Positions 26,011 to 38,174 of a DNA stretch of 64,000 nucleotides are shown in pieces. The stretch is from Mobula hypostoma. Its lineage: Eukaryota. Location: positions 61,258,001-61,322,000 of the forward strand of contig NC_086108.1 of assembly GCF_963921235.1 (NCBI RefSeq). The letters are read 5' to 3'. The position numbers and the translations under genes are program-made. A model generated the notes under the pieces. The model was not told the DNA's origin, searched no databases, and was given only the letters and a program-made list of their open reading frames with translations. Each line of letters begins with the position of its first letter. Within the stretch, counting starts at the first letter, position 1.

Positions 26011-27958
26011 ACTCACCAAGAAGATATCAGAAGGATTCCATCGGATGGATGATGCCAACCAAGCATTTTCAGAGCTAAAGTGATGTTTCACCACTACCCA
26101 CTGCTGCAGCACCCAGGCCCATCTCAGCCATTCATTGTTGAGGTAGATGCATCCGATGTAGGCATTGGAGCTGTCCTCTCTCAGCGCTCGTCTGTGGATA
26201 GATGGCTGCACCCCTGTGCCCTTCTTTCCTGTCGCTTCTCTCCAGCCGAGAGGAATTACGATGTTGGGAACCGGGAGCTTCTGGCTGTCAAGGAGACCCT
26301 GGAGGAATGGTGACACTGGCTGGACGGGGCAGAGCATCCATTCTTGGTCTGGACAGATCACAAAAACCTCTCCTATATTCAGGATGCTAAGAGACTCAAC
26401 TCTCGTCAAGCCCGGTGGGCTCTCTTCACATGATACAATTTCATCGTCGCTTATCGGCCCGGCAGCAAGAATACAAAGGTTGGTGTTCTCTCCCGGCAGT
26501 TCAACGGATCTGAGGACAATGCCAATCCAGAGCCCATTCTTCCTCACTCGTGTATCGCTGCTCTGGTGATCTGCAGAATAGAGGAAGAGGTGAGGGCTGC
26601 CCAAAAATCGGATCCAGGCCCGGATGGGGAACCTCCCAATCAGCTGTTTGTCCCTGCTGTGGTGTGTTCCAAAGTGTTGGAGTCACTCCTCCTGTCCGGC
26701 TGGACATTTGGAAATTCAATGGACTCAAGAGTTTATAAAGAGACAATTTTGGTGGCCATCTATGTCCTAGGATGTCCACGACTTTGTATCTGCCTGTCCC
26801 ACCTGCACTTGGAACAAGACATCATGCCAGCGTCCTGCAGATCTGTTATGTCAACTGCCAGTGCCCCCCCGACCCCTGGTCCCACCTCTCAGTAGACATC
26901 ATCACAGGTCTGCCCCTGTCTAATGGAAACACCACCAGTTTGGTCATTGTAGATTGATTTTTCAAGGCTGCCCACTTCATTGCCCTCCCCAAGCTCCCAT
27001 TGGCTCATGAGACTGCCACACTCATGGTTCAACAAGTGTTCGGGCTCCATGGGTTTCCCCAAGACATAATGTCTGATCGTGGACCACAGTTCACTTCCCG
27101 CTTTTGGAAGGCTTTCTGCTCACTTGTAGGAGCCACAACCAGCCTTTTGTCTGGCTTCCACTCCCAATCTAATGGCCAGCCTGAGAGAGTGAACCAGGAA
27201 TTGGAGACAACCCTGCACTGCCTTGCCTCTTCCAACCCCACGTCCTGGAGCTCCCAAATGGTTTGGGCAGAGGTTGTCCACAATAACCTCCAGTCATCCT
27301 CCACAAGTATGTCTCCCTTTGAATGCCAGAAGGGATTCCAGCCCCCGCTCTTCCCTGATCAGGAGATCGACATAGGAGTTCCTGCGGCAGAGCAGCTGAT
27401 CCAGCGCTACAAGCGCACCTGGAGACGAGCCAGGGCTTCTCTGCTGCACACCCAGACACAGCATTCCCGGCAGGCTGATCAGCTCCATCAACAGGTAAGG
27501 CCATTCAAGCCAGGAGAGGAGGTCTGGTTGGCATCAAGGGATCTTCCCCTGAAAGTCTAGAACTGGAAATTGGCACCTCACTATGTGGGATCGTTTGTAG
27601 TGGAAAAGGCCGTCAACAAGGTGTCCTATAGATTGCATCTACCAGTATCACTGAAGATCCACTCAGTATTCCATGTTTCCCAGCTCAAGCCAGTTACTAC
27701 CTCTCCCCCGGCCCCAGTCACCCCACCTCCCCCTCCTCCCCACCTGGTAGATGGTTCCCTTGTCTATACTGTGCAGTGCCTCCAGGCGTCTCGCCGGGTA
27801 CGTGGTAAGGTCCAGTACCTTATGGTCTGGGAAGGGTTTGGCCCAGAAGAACGTACTTGGATCCCAGCGAAGTACATCTTGGACAAGTCGCTGATCCGGG
27901 ACTTCCAGCGGGCACAGGTCTGTGGCGCCTCAGAGGCTGCGCCTAGAGAGGGGGCCCT
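26011..27958 (+). pseudogene. Gypsy pol remnant: RT connection/RNase H, integrase, chromodomain
   Basis: [110 protein letters not shown]; in-frame stops. Confidence 0.92.
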
Positions 27959-28383
27959 TGTCACAACCACGGATTCGGCTGCGCAGTAGATACGGCAATT
28001 GCGCTTGTGAATTTGCACATGTCAGCTAATTATTATTTAACCATGATAGTATTTAACTCCATACTTGTCATCGTAGTACTTATTGAGACTTGGACAGAGC
28101 ACAGCAATGCTTCGCTGCCTGTTTGCTCTCAGCCTTCCCTGAGAAATTGGACTTCGAGTCAACTGACTCTGAAGACTAGTGGTATTCATTTAATAATTAG
28201 ATTTTCTTTCCAGCCGCAGTGTAGGCTTTGTTTCCCTTTTGAGAATTTTAGTTAACAGCCCTATTTGGCCGAGGGTTTATTGTTGATTTTCCCTTTAACA
28301 CTGTTCACATTAAAGTTTGTGAACTATCGACCTGCTTTAGTGTCTCTCACTCCACACTTGGGCCATATCCAAACCTGGTAACA
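27959..28383 (+). repeat. 3' LTR
   Basis: Direct repeat of 24999-25422, roughly 85-90% identical by eye. Confidence 0.95.
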
Positions 28384-31300
28384 ATGAGGACACAAGTTTG
28401 GTGTGGCGGGGCAGGCAGAGACCATAAGCCTGCCCGGACAGGCAATTTTGTGGATCTTGGAGAGGAAGTAGAAGCGAACAGTCCAGGGTACGGAAACTGA
28501 GTTTGGAGGTAGTGGAGTTCTCCAGAGTTGATGAGGTCAGTGTTGATGTCTGTTGGTCTGGAGTGGAGAGTGAGCGTCTGTAGTTTAAATTTACCACATA
28601 ATACATTGGGCTTAATAAACAAAGGAGTAATTTATCTTAAAGTTTAAATGGACAAAAATTGCTTCCTTTACATGGGAAAAACAAAAACCAAAGGAGCAGA
28701 ATTAGTTCAGTTAGTGTGGACGCTGGGACTGTGTTGATAAATTTTTATTTTTGTTGAGCAATGGTGTCTAGATATTAGTCATCTAGAGATGACACGAACA
28801 GAAAATTCTTCACTCAGAAGGCTATAAAAACTTGGAACTTTCAATCTAAGGTACTTGATTATTAAGTGCACAGTCTCAGACAGAAAGAAAACAAATGAAG
28901 TAGAGGATAGAGCTTTCAGGTGAGAGAGAGGACTTGAAACACAGTGAAAGCCGCAAGGTTCAATTGAGTGCCACAACAGTTTAGGAAGACAAGTGGCCTA
29001 GTCCTCTTCTGATATTTTATTTTCTTACAGGATTTGTGCCTGGAGTCTTAGAGTAATCGAATGGGTGCAGGAGATGGGCTCGGCTATGAGGCAGTAAGGA
29101 TCACTTGGGCCACTGGCTCTCCTGTAAGTTTCAAGATACTTGAAGTCAAAAGCAATGCAACTTATATTACCCTTAATGCAATGAAAAATCCCTCCATAGC
29201 CCCCTCCTATAGGATCTACTTCAAGTGTTCAGGCTATGCTCTTTAGTTTTTGTGCAGTTTAGAGGAGAAGTTTGAATTATACGTTGAGGCAAGCCTGGTC
29301 AGCTGGAGGGGAAATTGGGATTTTGAATGGTGGATGTAAACCAGCAGACTGAATGTTTAGATGCTTGTCGAGGAGACTGTGAGGAGGGGAAACAAGAGCT
29401 GGAGAGAAAGAAAATTTGAGAATGAAGTGGAAGTTGGGCCAGTTGTGCTAAGATGGCAAATGGTGGTTAAATGGAAAGGGAGAGTGGTGGTGGGGGTGGC
29501 TTGGGATGAAAATCACAGTACAGCAGAACAGAGGTGGGATTATAAATGGAAGTCAGTTGATTAGGTTGGAGACTGTGCAATGGGCCAAACATGTAAGCAT
29601 GTTATGGCCTGGCAGGTAGCTCCCAGCACAACATGAGTCCAAATTCCCTGCAATACGAAAGAAGGAAACTTTCACAGGCCACATGGTTGCACTGTGGATC
29701 CTGACACAGAAATACATTAGTGAGGCAAAGGTAAATCACGTGGTTGGTTGTATTTTTGGAGTGATGCGAAAATAGACCCTGAAATAATTGTCATCATGTT
29801 TCACTCCAGAGAAGAAATCAAGAGGTACGTTATTAGACAGCTGAGATGGTTAAAGAGAGGTGAGATGCACTCAGTAATGATATAAGCCGAGAGAGTTGGA
29901 TGCACACTCCAGCAACTACTCCATGACACTTGACTGCACATGAGACAGTTAATGGAAGCAGAAGAGCAGTGTGAAATGTTCTTATCATAATGGCATTATC
30001 AAATATTGTACTGTCAGGTGCATTACACAGTAATGTCAATGCACAGAACTGAAATTTCCAAAATCTTGCAGTAACGTAAAATTCCCAGTATAAACAGTAA
30101 TTGTAAATGAATGTGCAACATTTCATTACTTCTCCCAGAACAAATCAAAGCTAGTTCCAAAATAAACAAGCACACAGACAATTATGGTGGCACAGAAATC
30201 CAAAGTTAAAATGCAAGTAAATTGTAGCGCTACTGACAAAAAATCAGGTCACCTTGCACAAAGCTAGAAACTACAAGTTGTTTCACTGGTTCCCTGTAGA
30301 TCTTAATTTACATAGCCTTTGGAGTATACCTACCCTACAAAAAGAAATGCCTTAATGGCTCCCATCTCACTCGACAAATGAGGAGTTGGGCTGATGATTA
30401 GTCTTCAAACCCCTTAACAGTGCCAGAAGGAATGGTGCTGAGAGACTTGTTGAAATCGCCAGAGGGGGATCATAGATCCGAACCACTGCTCTGCTGTTCT
30501 CTGACACCAATTCTCCCCGAGAATATTTATGATATATGTTACCTCATTGAACAATAGCTCTTACTGTACTTTAAGTAGAACATAAAAGCTTCTCACTTCA
30601 ACATTACAGCCATGCTACAAGAACTATATGTACATTTTCAAAAATGAACAATGAAAAACTTTAAAGGGTAGTTCTGGCGTATACAGTAGTTTTTAACAGA
30701 AGTCATACAGTACAAATAAAGCAATCAGAATATGTATATATATCCTCAGGATTTCATGGATTAATTTTGTAACAATTAAACATAAATGGATGCAATGGAA
30801 TCTGTTGTTCAAAAAGACTAAGAGCAAATTGCAAACTTCTTACATAATGTTTCTACACATCAACTGGATTTCATTTTCCCTATATATTTGTATAATCCTG
30901 AATTGACCACTTTTACACAGGATCAAATCCGACCATGTCAAAGCAATTTGCTGCTTTTAAGGGGAATCACATCGGCTGGCAAAAATCTCTCAGGAGGCCA
31001 GACAAACATAGGATTCATAGAAACGATATTTCAACTGTTTAATGGCCAGAATATGACTGATTAATCACAACATCAGTGCACAATAATTGCACTTGCTATA
31101 CCTGTGATCTCCTGAGAGCCTGCTTGGGCAGCAATCTATTGCAAGTAATTCATGGGAGGAAACAGCCGAGAACGCCAAGGAAGTGGGTCAACCAAAGGAT
31201 GGACTGGGATAGATGGTTCAAAACCTTATCAGATGGGCTGAGGCTGGAAAGCTGCAGAGGTGATTAATGAGATGCCGGAGTGGTGACCTGCCAGAAAACG

Positions 31301-32447
31301 CTGGGAAAGAGAGATTTATTGTACATCATTTCAAACTGTGTAATGTCAAGGCTTCTGGTAGAAAAGGGCGAAGAATTTTGTGCTCAAAGAAATGTCTGAA
31401 TTTTCCTTAAATGCTACAAGTAAAATGATAAGAAAAGATGCAGGGTTATAAATAGTACAACAGAATGATAAACAAGTGCAAGGTCTATTAATCAAATAGC
31501 CACCCCCTTAGACCGAATCACATAACAGGCCAATATTTAGAAAATCCCAAACAAAAGAGTCCTATAATCAGACAGTGGTTCCTTTTGTTGGATTCATTCT
31601 ATTCACTGCTATGTTTTGGTGCAAAGCTTCAATGCACAAACAGAACAAAGATGAAAGGAGTCACTGATAATAGGAATTGATGAGTCTCTCACTCTGTTGG
31701 TAGAATTGTGTTATTATAATAAATAAGTATATTAATTTTACAATAGGAAAGCCTAATGAAACCAGGCTTTAATAAATTGCTATCATTAACCCTTTGAATT
31801 CTAATCATTAGGTTTAAAATCTATAATCAACATTCACATACTAATCCCACAAATCCTTTTGGATTATTTAATTCAATTACTAGTATAATAAGCAGTTCAT
31901 TTTTCATTCTTGTGTATGATTGATAATTCCAAGGTAGTTTAGAAAGAATGCAGCTCTATGAATATTAAATACTTCAGCCTAACATGCTTTGAAAGTAAAA
32001 CTAACTCCTTTGTACATCCATTAATAGAATTGCACTACTCCTGTTGAGTCATTCTTCTGGTTTTGTTCAAGAGCCTACTTGCACAGCAAAAGTTATCATA
32101 CTTGCGCTCATTTGCACAAAGATATCATGAAATGCTACATAAGTTGACCTTGTGTTTATTTGTTCTTTATTGGTTATATCTGAACTACTCATCTGATCGC
32201 CCTTTTAAAACTGAGTCTGAGTCCCATGTGTTCAAGTGCTACTTATGAAGCAAGTGCAAAACCTAAATTAAAATTTTAGTGAGAGATATGATGCCGCAGG
32301 CGGAGTCTGTTAGATGACTTGTTAAAGAAGTTCTTCCCTCTTCTCTTATTATGACCTCTTTGGTGATTAGTGATAAGTTTATTTTTCCCAGATCATTTAT
32401 TTGACTCCATGGACAAATAGATCATCCTCATCATTAAACAAATAGTA

Positions 32448-32624
32448 ACACACACAAAAAATGCTGGTGAACGCAGCAGGCCAGACAGCATCTATAGGAA
32501 GTGGTACAGTCGACGTTTCAGGCCGAGACCCTTCGTCAGGACTCCAGTCTGGTCTGCTGCGTTCACTAGCATTTTTTGTGTCTGTTGCTTGAATTTCCAC
32601 CATCTGCAGATTTCCTCGTGTATG
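32448..32624. mobile_element. Penelope-derived fold-back mini-element with 16-bp TSD
   Basis: TSD cattaaacaaatagta at 32432-32447 and 32625-32640; inverted arms ~32454-32486 and ~32548-32580. Confidence 0.88.
32508..32543 (-). ncRNA. Minimal type I hammerhead ribozyme motif
   Basis: Minus strand reads AGTC-CTGACGA-AGG gtctcgg CCT-GAAA-C-GTC-GACT: stem I AGTC/GACT, both conserved core boxes, 3-bp stem II, palindromic ACGT stem III and a GUC cleavage triplet. Confidence 0.75.
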
Positions 32625-33427
32625 CATTAAACAAATAGTACCATTTACCTCAATAAATATCTCTTGCATCACAGAGCACATGCTGAATTTGAGAGGTCAA
32701 ATCAATGACCTCTACTCTGGCTTCTGCTGATACCATGCATTGAGCTGCCGTCAATAATCCATCAGTCTTCTCATTTTTATAAACGTTACTATAATGATTA
32801 AAAGCTTGATTTTTGGTACTTCTACAAAATACACAGCAAGAAAGAAAAAGGTTAAGGGTGTTTTCCACGAGCGAATATTCAAAACAATGACAAAATCATG
32901 GTAAGATTCAGCCTTTTCAGCACTAATAAAGCACCAAAAATAGATACTAGGCATTTTCCAAATGAATTCTCTATTACAAACTCATACACCAAAGGCAAAG
33001 CAAATTCATCACTGCATTATCTTGCAAATGTCAATACTACAACTCCTCATTACACTCATGGCTCTTTCCTGATTCATTCTTTTCATCAAAACATTCTACA
33101 CTACACCATCTTGGATGATGCTGTAGATTCAGAAGAGATGCTGTGCACTCTCTTTTTTACGTAAAATTGTTTCCTATATAAAGATTCATAATGTTTTAAA
33201 TACAGTTGAAGTATAACCACTGACTTCAAGAAAGTTATCACTATTTCTTTGTTCATTTGCTTTCCTGCTATACTTCATTCCTTTATTCACATGGATGTAT
33301 ATCTGCAGATTTTTAAGGAAACGTTTCCCCTGAGACAATTTGTTTTATACTGAGGTAGAACAGTTGAAAGTTGCTCCCGTTCACATTGTCATCAAAGTTT
33401 TTTTTGCAACGGAAGTAAGAATCCATT

Positions 33428-34400
33428 GCAACCCACACAAAATGCTGGAGGAACTCAGCAGGCCAGGCGACATCTGTGAAAATGAACAGATAGTTGATGT
33501 TTCGGGCTGAAACCCTTCTTCAGGACTGAGACGGAAGGAGGAAGGTGTCAGAATAGAGATGTGCAAGCGGGGGCAGGAGAGAGGCTAACCAGAAGGTGGT
33601 AGGTGAAACCAGGTGGGTGGGAAAGGTCAAAGGTAGGAGAAAGAATCAGATAGGAGAGGAAACTGGACAATAGGAGGAAGGGACCCAGGAAGTAATAGGC
33701 AGGTGAGAAGAAGTAAAAGGTAAGAGTGGGGAATAGAAGAATGAAGGGTGGGGGGAATTTGTTTACCGGAAGGAGAAATTGATATTCATGCCATCAGGTT
33801 GGAGGGTACCCAGATGGACGATAAAATGTTGCTCCTCCACCCTCATCTTGGCACAAGAGAAGGCCGTGGACTGACATGTCGGAATGGGAATGGTAACAGG
33901 AATTAAAATGTTTGGCCACCAGGACGTTCTGCTAGTGGCGGATGGTGCAGAGGTGCTCAACAAAGCGGTCCCCCAATTTACAATGGGTCTCACCAATGTA
34001 GAGGAAACCACATCAGCAGCACCAGATACAACAGATAACCTCAACAGATTCACAGGTGAAGCGTTGCCTCACCTGGAAGGACTGTCTGGGGCCCTGAATG
34101 GAGGTGTAGCACACAGGCCGCTTGTAAGGATAAATACCTGGAAGGAGATTAGTGGGGAGGGATGAATGGGCAAGAGAATTGCAGAGGGAGTGATCCCTGC
34201 GGATAACCTAGGTAAGCATATGTTTAGTGGTAGGATCCCTTTGGAGATGGAAGAAATTACAGAGGCAGTGGGAAGACGGGGTGAGTGTGGATGAATGGGA
34301 AATGGAGGAGATGTGAGTGGGGCAGCATCAATAGCAGGAGGGAAACCCTGTTCTTTAAAGAAGGAGGGTCCATTGCCTTTGCTGAAGTCCATCCCACATA
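33428..34400 (-). mobile_element. Penelope-like element 3' part (GIY-YIG endonuclease and terminal repeat)
   Basis: Minus strand FTCESVEVICCIWCC*CGFLYIGETHCKLGDRFVEHL ... EEQHFIVHLGTLQPDGMNINFS; hammerhead-like motif at 33492-33527. Confidence 0.88.
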
Positions 34401-34826
34401 TCTGCCATTTCTTTCTGATTTCTTGTCTCATCCTAGGTTGTTAAGGCCTAATTTGAGATTTAGACCATAAGACCATAACACACAGGAGCAGAATTAGGCT
34501 ATTCAGCCCCACTGAGTCTACTCTGCCATTTTATCATGGCTAAACCCAAATTCCATTCACCCCCATGTACCTGCCCTCTCACCATTTCTTTAGCCAAAGG
34601 GTGGTGAATTTGTGGAATTTGTTGCCACATGCAGCTGTGGAGGCCAGGTCCTTGGGTGTATTTAAGGCAAAGATTGATAGGTTCTTGATTGGACATGGCA
34701 TCAAAGGTTACGGGGAGAAGGCCGGGAACTGGGGTTGAGGAAGATAGAAAAAAGGATCAGCCATGATTGAATGGCGGAGCAAACTCGATGGGCCAGATGG
34801 TCTAATTCTGCTCCTGTGTCTTATGG

Positions 34827-35586
34827 CAGGGGTCTCCAACCTTTTTTGCACCGCAGACCGGTTTAATATTGACAATATTCTTGCGGACCGGCTGACCGGG
34901 GTGGGGGCGGGGGGGCTTGTTCAAGTAGGGTTAAACTCACCTCAACATGTCTTTTACAGTTAGGGTTGCCAACTTTCTCACTCCCAAATAAGGGACAAAA
35001 GTAGCAGTCAAATCCCAGGACACTTTACCCCAGGGAAAGACCACCATGACCATGAAGCCTTGCGCGGGCACCTGTGTGCGCATGTGCGTACTGCCGATTT
35101 CCCCCCGCCCCCCACAAATCGGTTTTGCTTTCATCTTCCTAACTATACTGTACATACATTATTTCTACTTTATATAGGCTGTGTATTTATCATATCATTC
35201 CTGCTTTTACTATATGTTAGTGTTATTTTAGGTTTTATGTGTTATTTGGTATGACTTGGTAGGTTATTTTTTGGGTCTGGGAATGCTCAAAAATTTTTCC
35301 CATATAAATTAATAGTAATTGCTTCTTCGCTTTATGCCATTTCGGCACGAAAGGTTTCATAGGAACACTCTACCTTAGCAGGGGAAATACGGGACAAACC
35401 CAATTTAGCCCAATATACGGGACATCCCGGCAAACATGGGACAGTTGGCAACCCTATGTTCAAGTTCAACAGTGCATGACAGGGATTGAGGAAAGATGCA
35501 GCTGACTCATATCGTTTCCTCGTGGCCCCGTACCACGTGCTTTGCGACTCGGTACTGGTCCATGGCCCGGTGGTTGGCAATCGCTG
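34827..35586 (-). mobile_element. Non-autonomous hAT (Charlie/Buster-type) composite element
   Basis: Imperfect TIRs CAGGGGTCTCCAACC / GGTTGGCAATCGCTG; 8-bp flanks TCTTATGG; both ends shared with 49185-50145 in the opposite orientation. Confidence 0.85.
34926..35456. mobile_element. Second hAT-type element nested in the Charlie-like element
   Basis: Termini TAGGGTT...AACCCTA, perfect 8-bp TSD TGTTCAAG (34918-34925 and 35457-35464), subterminal GGGACA repeats. Confidence 0.8.
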
Positions 35587-38174
35587 TCTTATGGTCTTAT
35601 GGTCATATCCCTTGATGCCCTGACCAATCAGAAATCTATCAACTTCCACTTTAAATATACTCACGGACTTGTCCTCCACCACATTCTGTGGCAGAGCATT
35701 CCACAGATTCACCACTCTTTGGCTAAAAAAAAAATTCCTCCTTACTTCTGTTCTACAAGATCGCCCCTCAATTTTGAGGCTGTACCCTCTGGTTCTGGAT
35801 ACCCCACCATAGGAAACATCCTCTCCATATCCTTCTTATCTAGTCCTTTCAACATTTGGTAGATTTTAGTGAGATCCCCAAGCATTCTTCTAAATTCCAT
35901 TGAGTACAGGCCCAAAGCTGCCAAACATTCCTCATGTGATAATCCCTTTATTCTTGGAATCATCCTCATAATCTTCCTCTGGACTCTCTCTAATGACAGT
36001 ACATCCTTTTTGAGATAAGGGGCCCAAATCTGTTGACAATACTCCAAGAGCAGTCTGACTAGTGTCTTAATAAGCCTCAGCATTATCTCCTTGCTTTTAT
36101 ATTCCATCCCCCTTGAAATAAATGCCAACATTGCACTTGCCTTCTTTACCACAGACTCAGCCTGTAAACTAACCTTCAGGGAGTCTTGCACGAGAATTCC
36201 TAAGTCCCTTGCAACCATGATTTTTGAATTTTCTCCCCATTTAGATACTAGTCTGCACTATTGTTCCTTTTATCAAAATTCATTATCATACATTTTCCAA
36301 CACTGTATTCCATCTGCCACTTTTTTGTCCACTCTTCCAATTTGTCCAAGTCCTGCTGCAATCGCATTGCTTCCTCAGCACTACCTACTGCTCCACCTCT
36401 GTTCACATCATCCACAAACTTTGTCACAAAACCATTAATGCCACTATCTAAATCATTGACAAACAATGTGAAAAGTAACGGTACCAATATTGACCCCTGA
36501 GGAAAACCATTAGTCACTGGCAGCCAACCAGAAAAGTCACCCTTTATTCCCACTCACTGCCTCCTGGCTGTCAGCTATTCCTCGATCCATGCTAGTATAT
36601 TTTTTGTAACACCATAAGATCTTATCTTGTTAAGCAGCCTCATGTGAGGCACCTTAGCAAATGCCTTCTGAAAATCCAACTAAGTGACATCCACCACCTT
36701 TCCTTTGTCCACCCTGCTTGTTGCATCTTCAAAGAATTCTAACAGTTTTGTCAGGCAAGATTTCCTTTCACAGATACCATATTGACTGTGACTTATTTTA
36801 TCATTCGTCTCCAAGTACCCTGAAACCTCGTCCTTAATAATGGACTCCAACACGTTCCCAACAACAGAGGTTAGGCTAACTGCCTATAATTTCCTCTTTT
36901 GTTTTCCTCCCTTCTTAAAGAGTGGAGTGACATTTGCAATTTTCCAGTCCTCCAGGACCATGCCAGAATAAAATGATTCTTGAAAGATCATGACCAATGC
37001 ATCCATTATCTCTCCTGCAACCTCTTTCAGGACTCTGGGATATAGTCCAACTGGTCCAGGTGACTTATCCACCTTAAGACCCCTGACTTTGCCTCGCACT
37101 TTTTCCTTTGTGCTAGCAATGGCACTCACTCCTGCTCTCTGACACTCATGGACCTCTGGCACACAGCTCATGTCTTCCACAGTAAAGACTGAAGGAAAGT
37201 ACTTATTAAGTTTATCTGCCATTTCTTTGATTCCTATTATTACCTCACCAACATAACTTTCCAGTGGTCTATTATCAACTCTTGCTTCCCTTTTATTCAT
37301 TATATAACTGAAAAAACTTTTCATATCCTGCTTTATATTATTGGCTAGTTTGCCCTCATATTTCATCTTTTCCTTTCTTATGCTTTTAGTTCCCTTTTGT
37401 TGGGTTTTAAAAGCTTCCCAATCATCCAACTTCCCACTTATTTATGCTACCTTATATGCCCTTTCCTTGGCTTCTATGCAGTCTATAACTTCTCTTGTCA
37501 GCCACAGTTGCCTATCCCTGCCACTTGAGAACTTCTTCTGTGGGTCATATCTATCCTGCACCTTGTGAACTATTCCCAGAAACTTCAGCCACCTCTGCTC
37601 TGCCGTCATCCCTGCCAGTATCCCACTCCAATCCACTTGGACAAGCTCCTCTCTCATGCCTCTGTAATTCCCTTTATTCCTACCAGTGGATTGCTATTAC
37701 TTTGATCACAGCTCCACCAACCTGCTGAAATGGAGGAAGGATTATCTTCTCATAGAGTGACTGAGTTACAGAATAGAATTTTAGAAAAGACTATTACAAT
37801 TGACACAGTGCATTCCCAAACAGCAATGGGTGGTTTTCGAGATAACAAATGATCACGGCATCTAGAAGGAAAGTACAATTCATTTTTCAAAATAATAAAT
37901 TTAAAGGTCTCAAGATCTCTTTTGATGGACAGATTGGTTACTATAATGCTCAGTAGGTGCCTTTAGCTACATTGCATCCAACCTTATTGAGGTATGGTCA
38001 CAGGTTTCGACTTAGAATCAGGAGGGAATGTGTACAGTTAACAGTCACAGCAAATTTGACTTCAGCTTAATTTCACTGTACATTTTTGTAGCCAAGAAAA
38101 TAAATGGCAGCTCCATTGCCCTAGTTATGGACTATAAATACCGAGCTAGAAATTGTGCAGTACTTGAAGGGTAT

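Larger units (their letters stand above)
24999..28383 (+). mobile_element. Ty3/Gypsy chromovirus (Tf1/sushi-like) LTR retrotransposon, internally deleted
   Basis: Two ~425-bp LTRs (TG...CA), perfect 5-bp TSD ATGAG (24994-24998 and 28384-28388), PPT agagaggggg at 27945-27954; gag, RNase H, integrase and chromodomain remnants. Confidence 0.96.
24166..28590 (-). mobile_element. Penelope-like element (RT and GIY-YIG remnants plus terminal repeat), split by a Gypsy insertion
   Basis: Minus strand 28384-28590 encodes an RT remnant (RFYFLSKIHK..CPGRLMVS-like) that continues at 24998. The 24570-24720 segment matches the GIY-YIG C-terminus of the 33.8-kb copy. Terminal repeat at 24166-24300. Confidence 0.8.
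34586..35605 (+). mobile_element. Short CR1 3' end inserted antisense into the preceding CR1; its (TCTTATGG)n tail holds a hAT element
   Basis: ttctttagccaaagggtggtgaatttgtgg...ttctgctcctgtgtcttatgg [hAT] tcttatggtcttatggtc. Confidence 0.85.
34463..37682 (-). mobile_element. CR1 LINE, 5'-truncated, with nested insertions in its 3' UTR
   Basis: KSPGPVGLYPRVLKE, EDWKIANVTPLFKKGG, GFPQGSIL, KFVDD, LEYCQQIWAPYLKKD; 3' tail at 34463-34585, body resumes near 35606. Confidence 0.92.

Noticed and set aside
25474..27989. Sushi-derived domesticated gene (PEG10/RTL-like)
   Set aside because: Flanked by LTRs and a TSD with multiple stops and frameshifts, so it is a decaying insertion.
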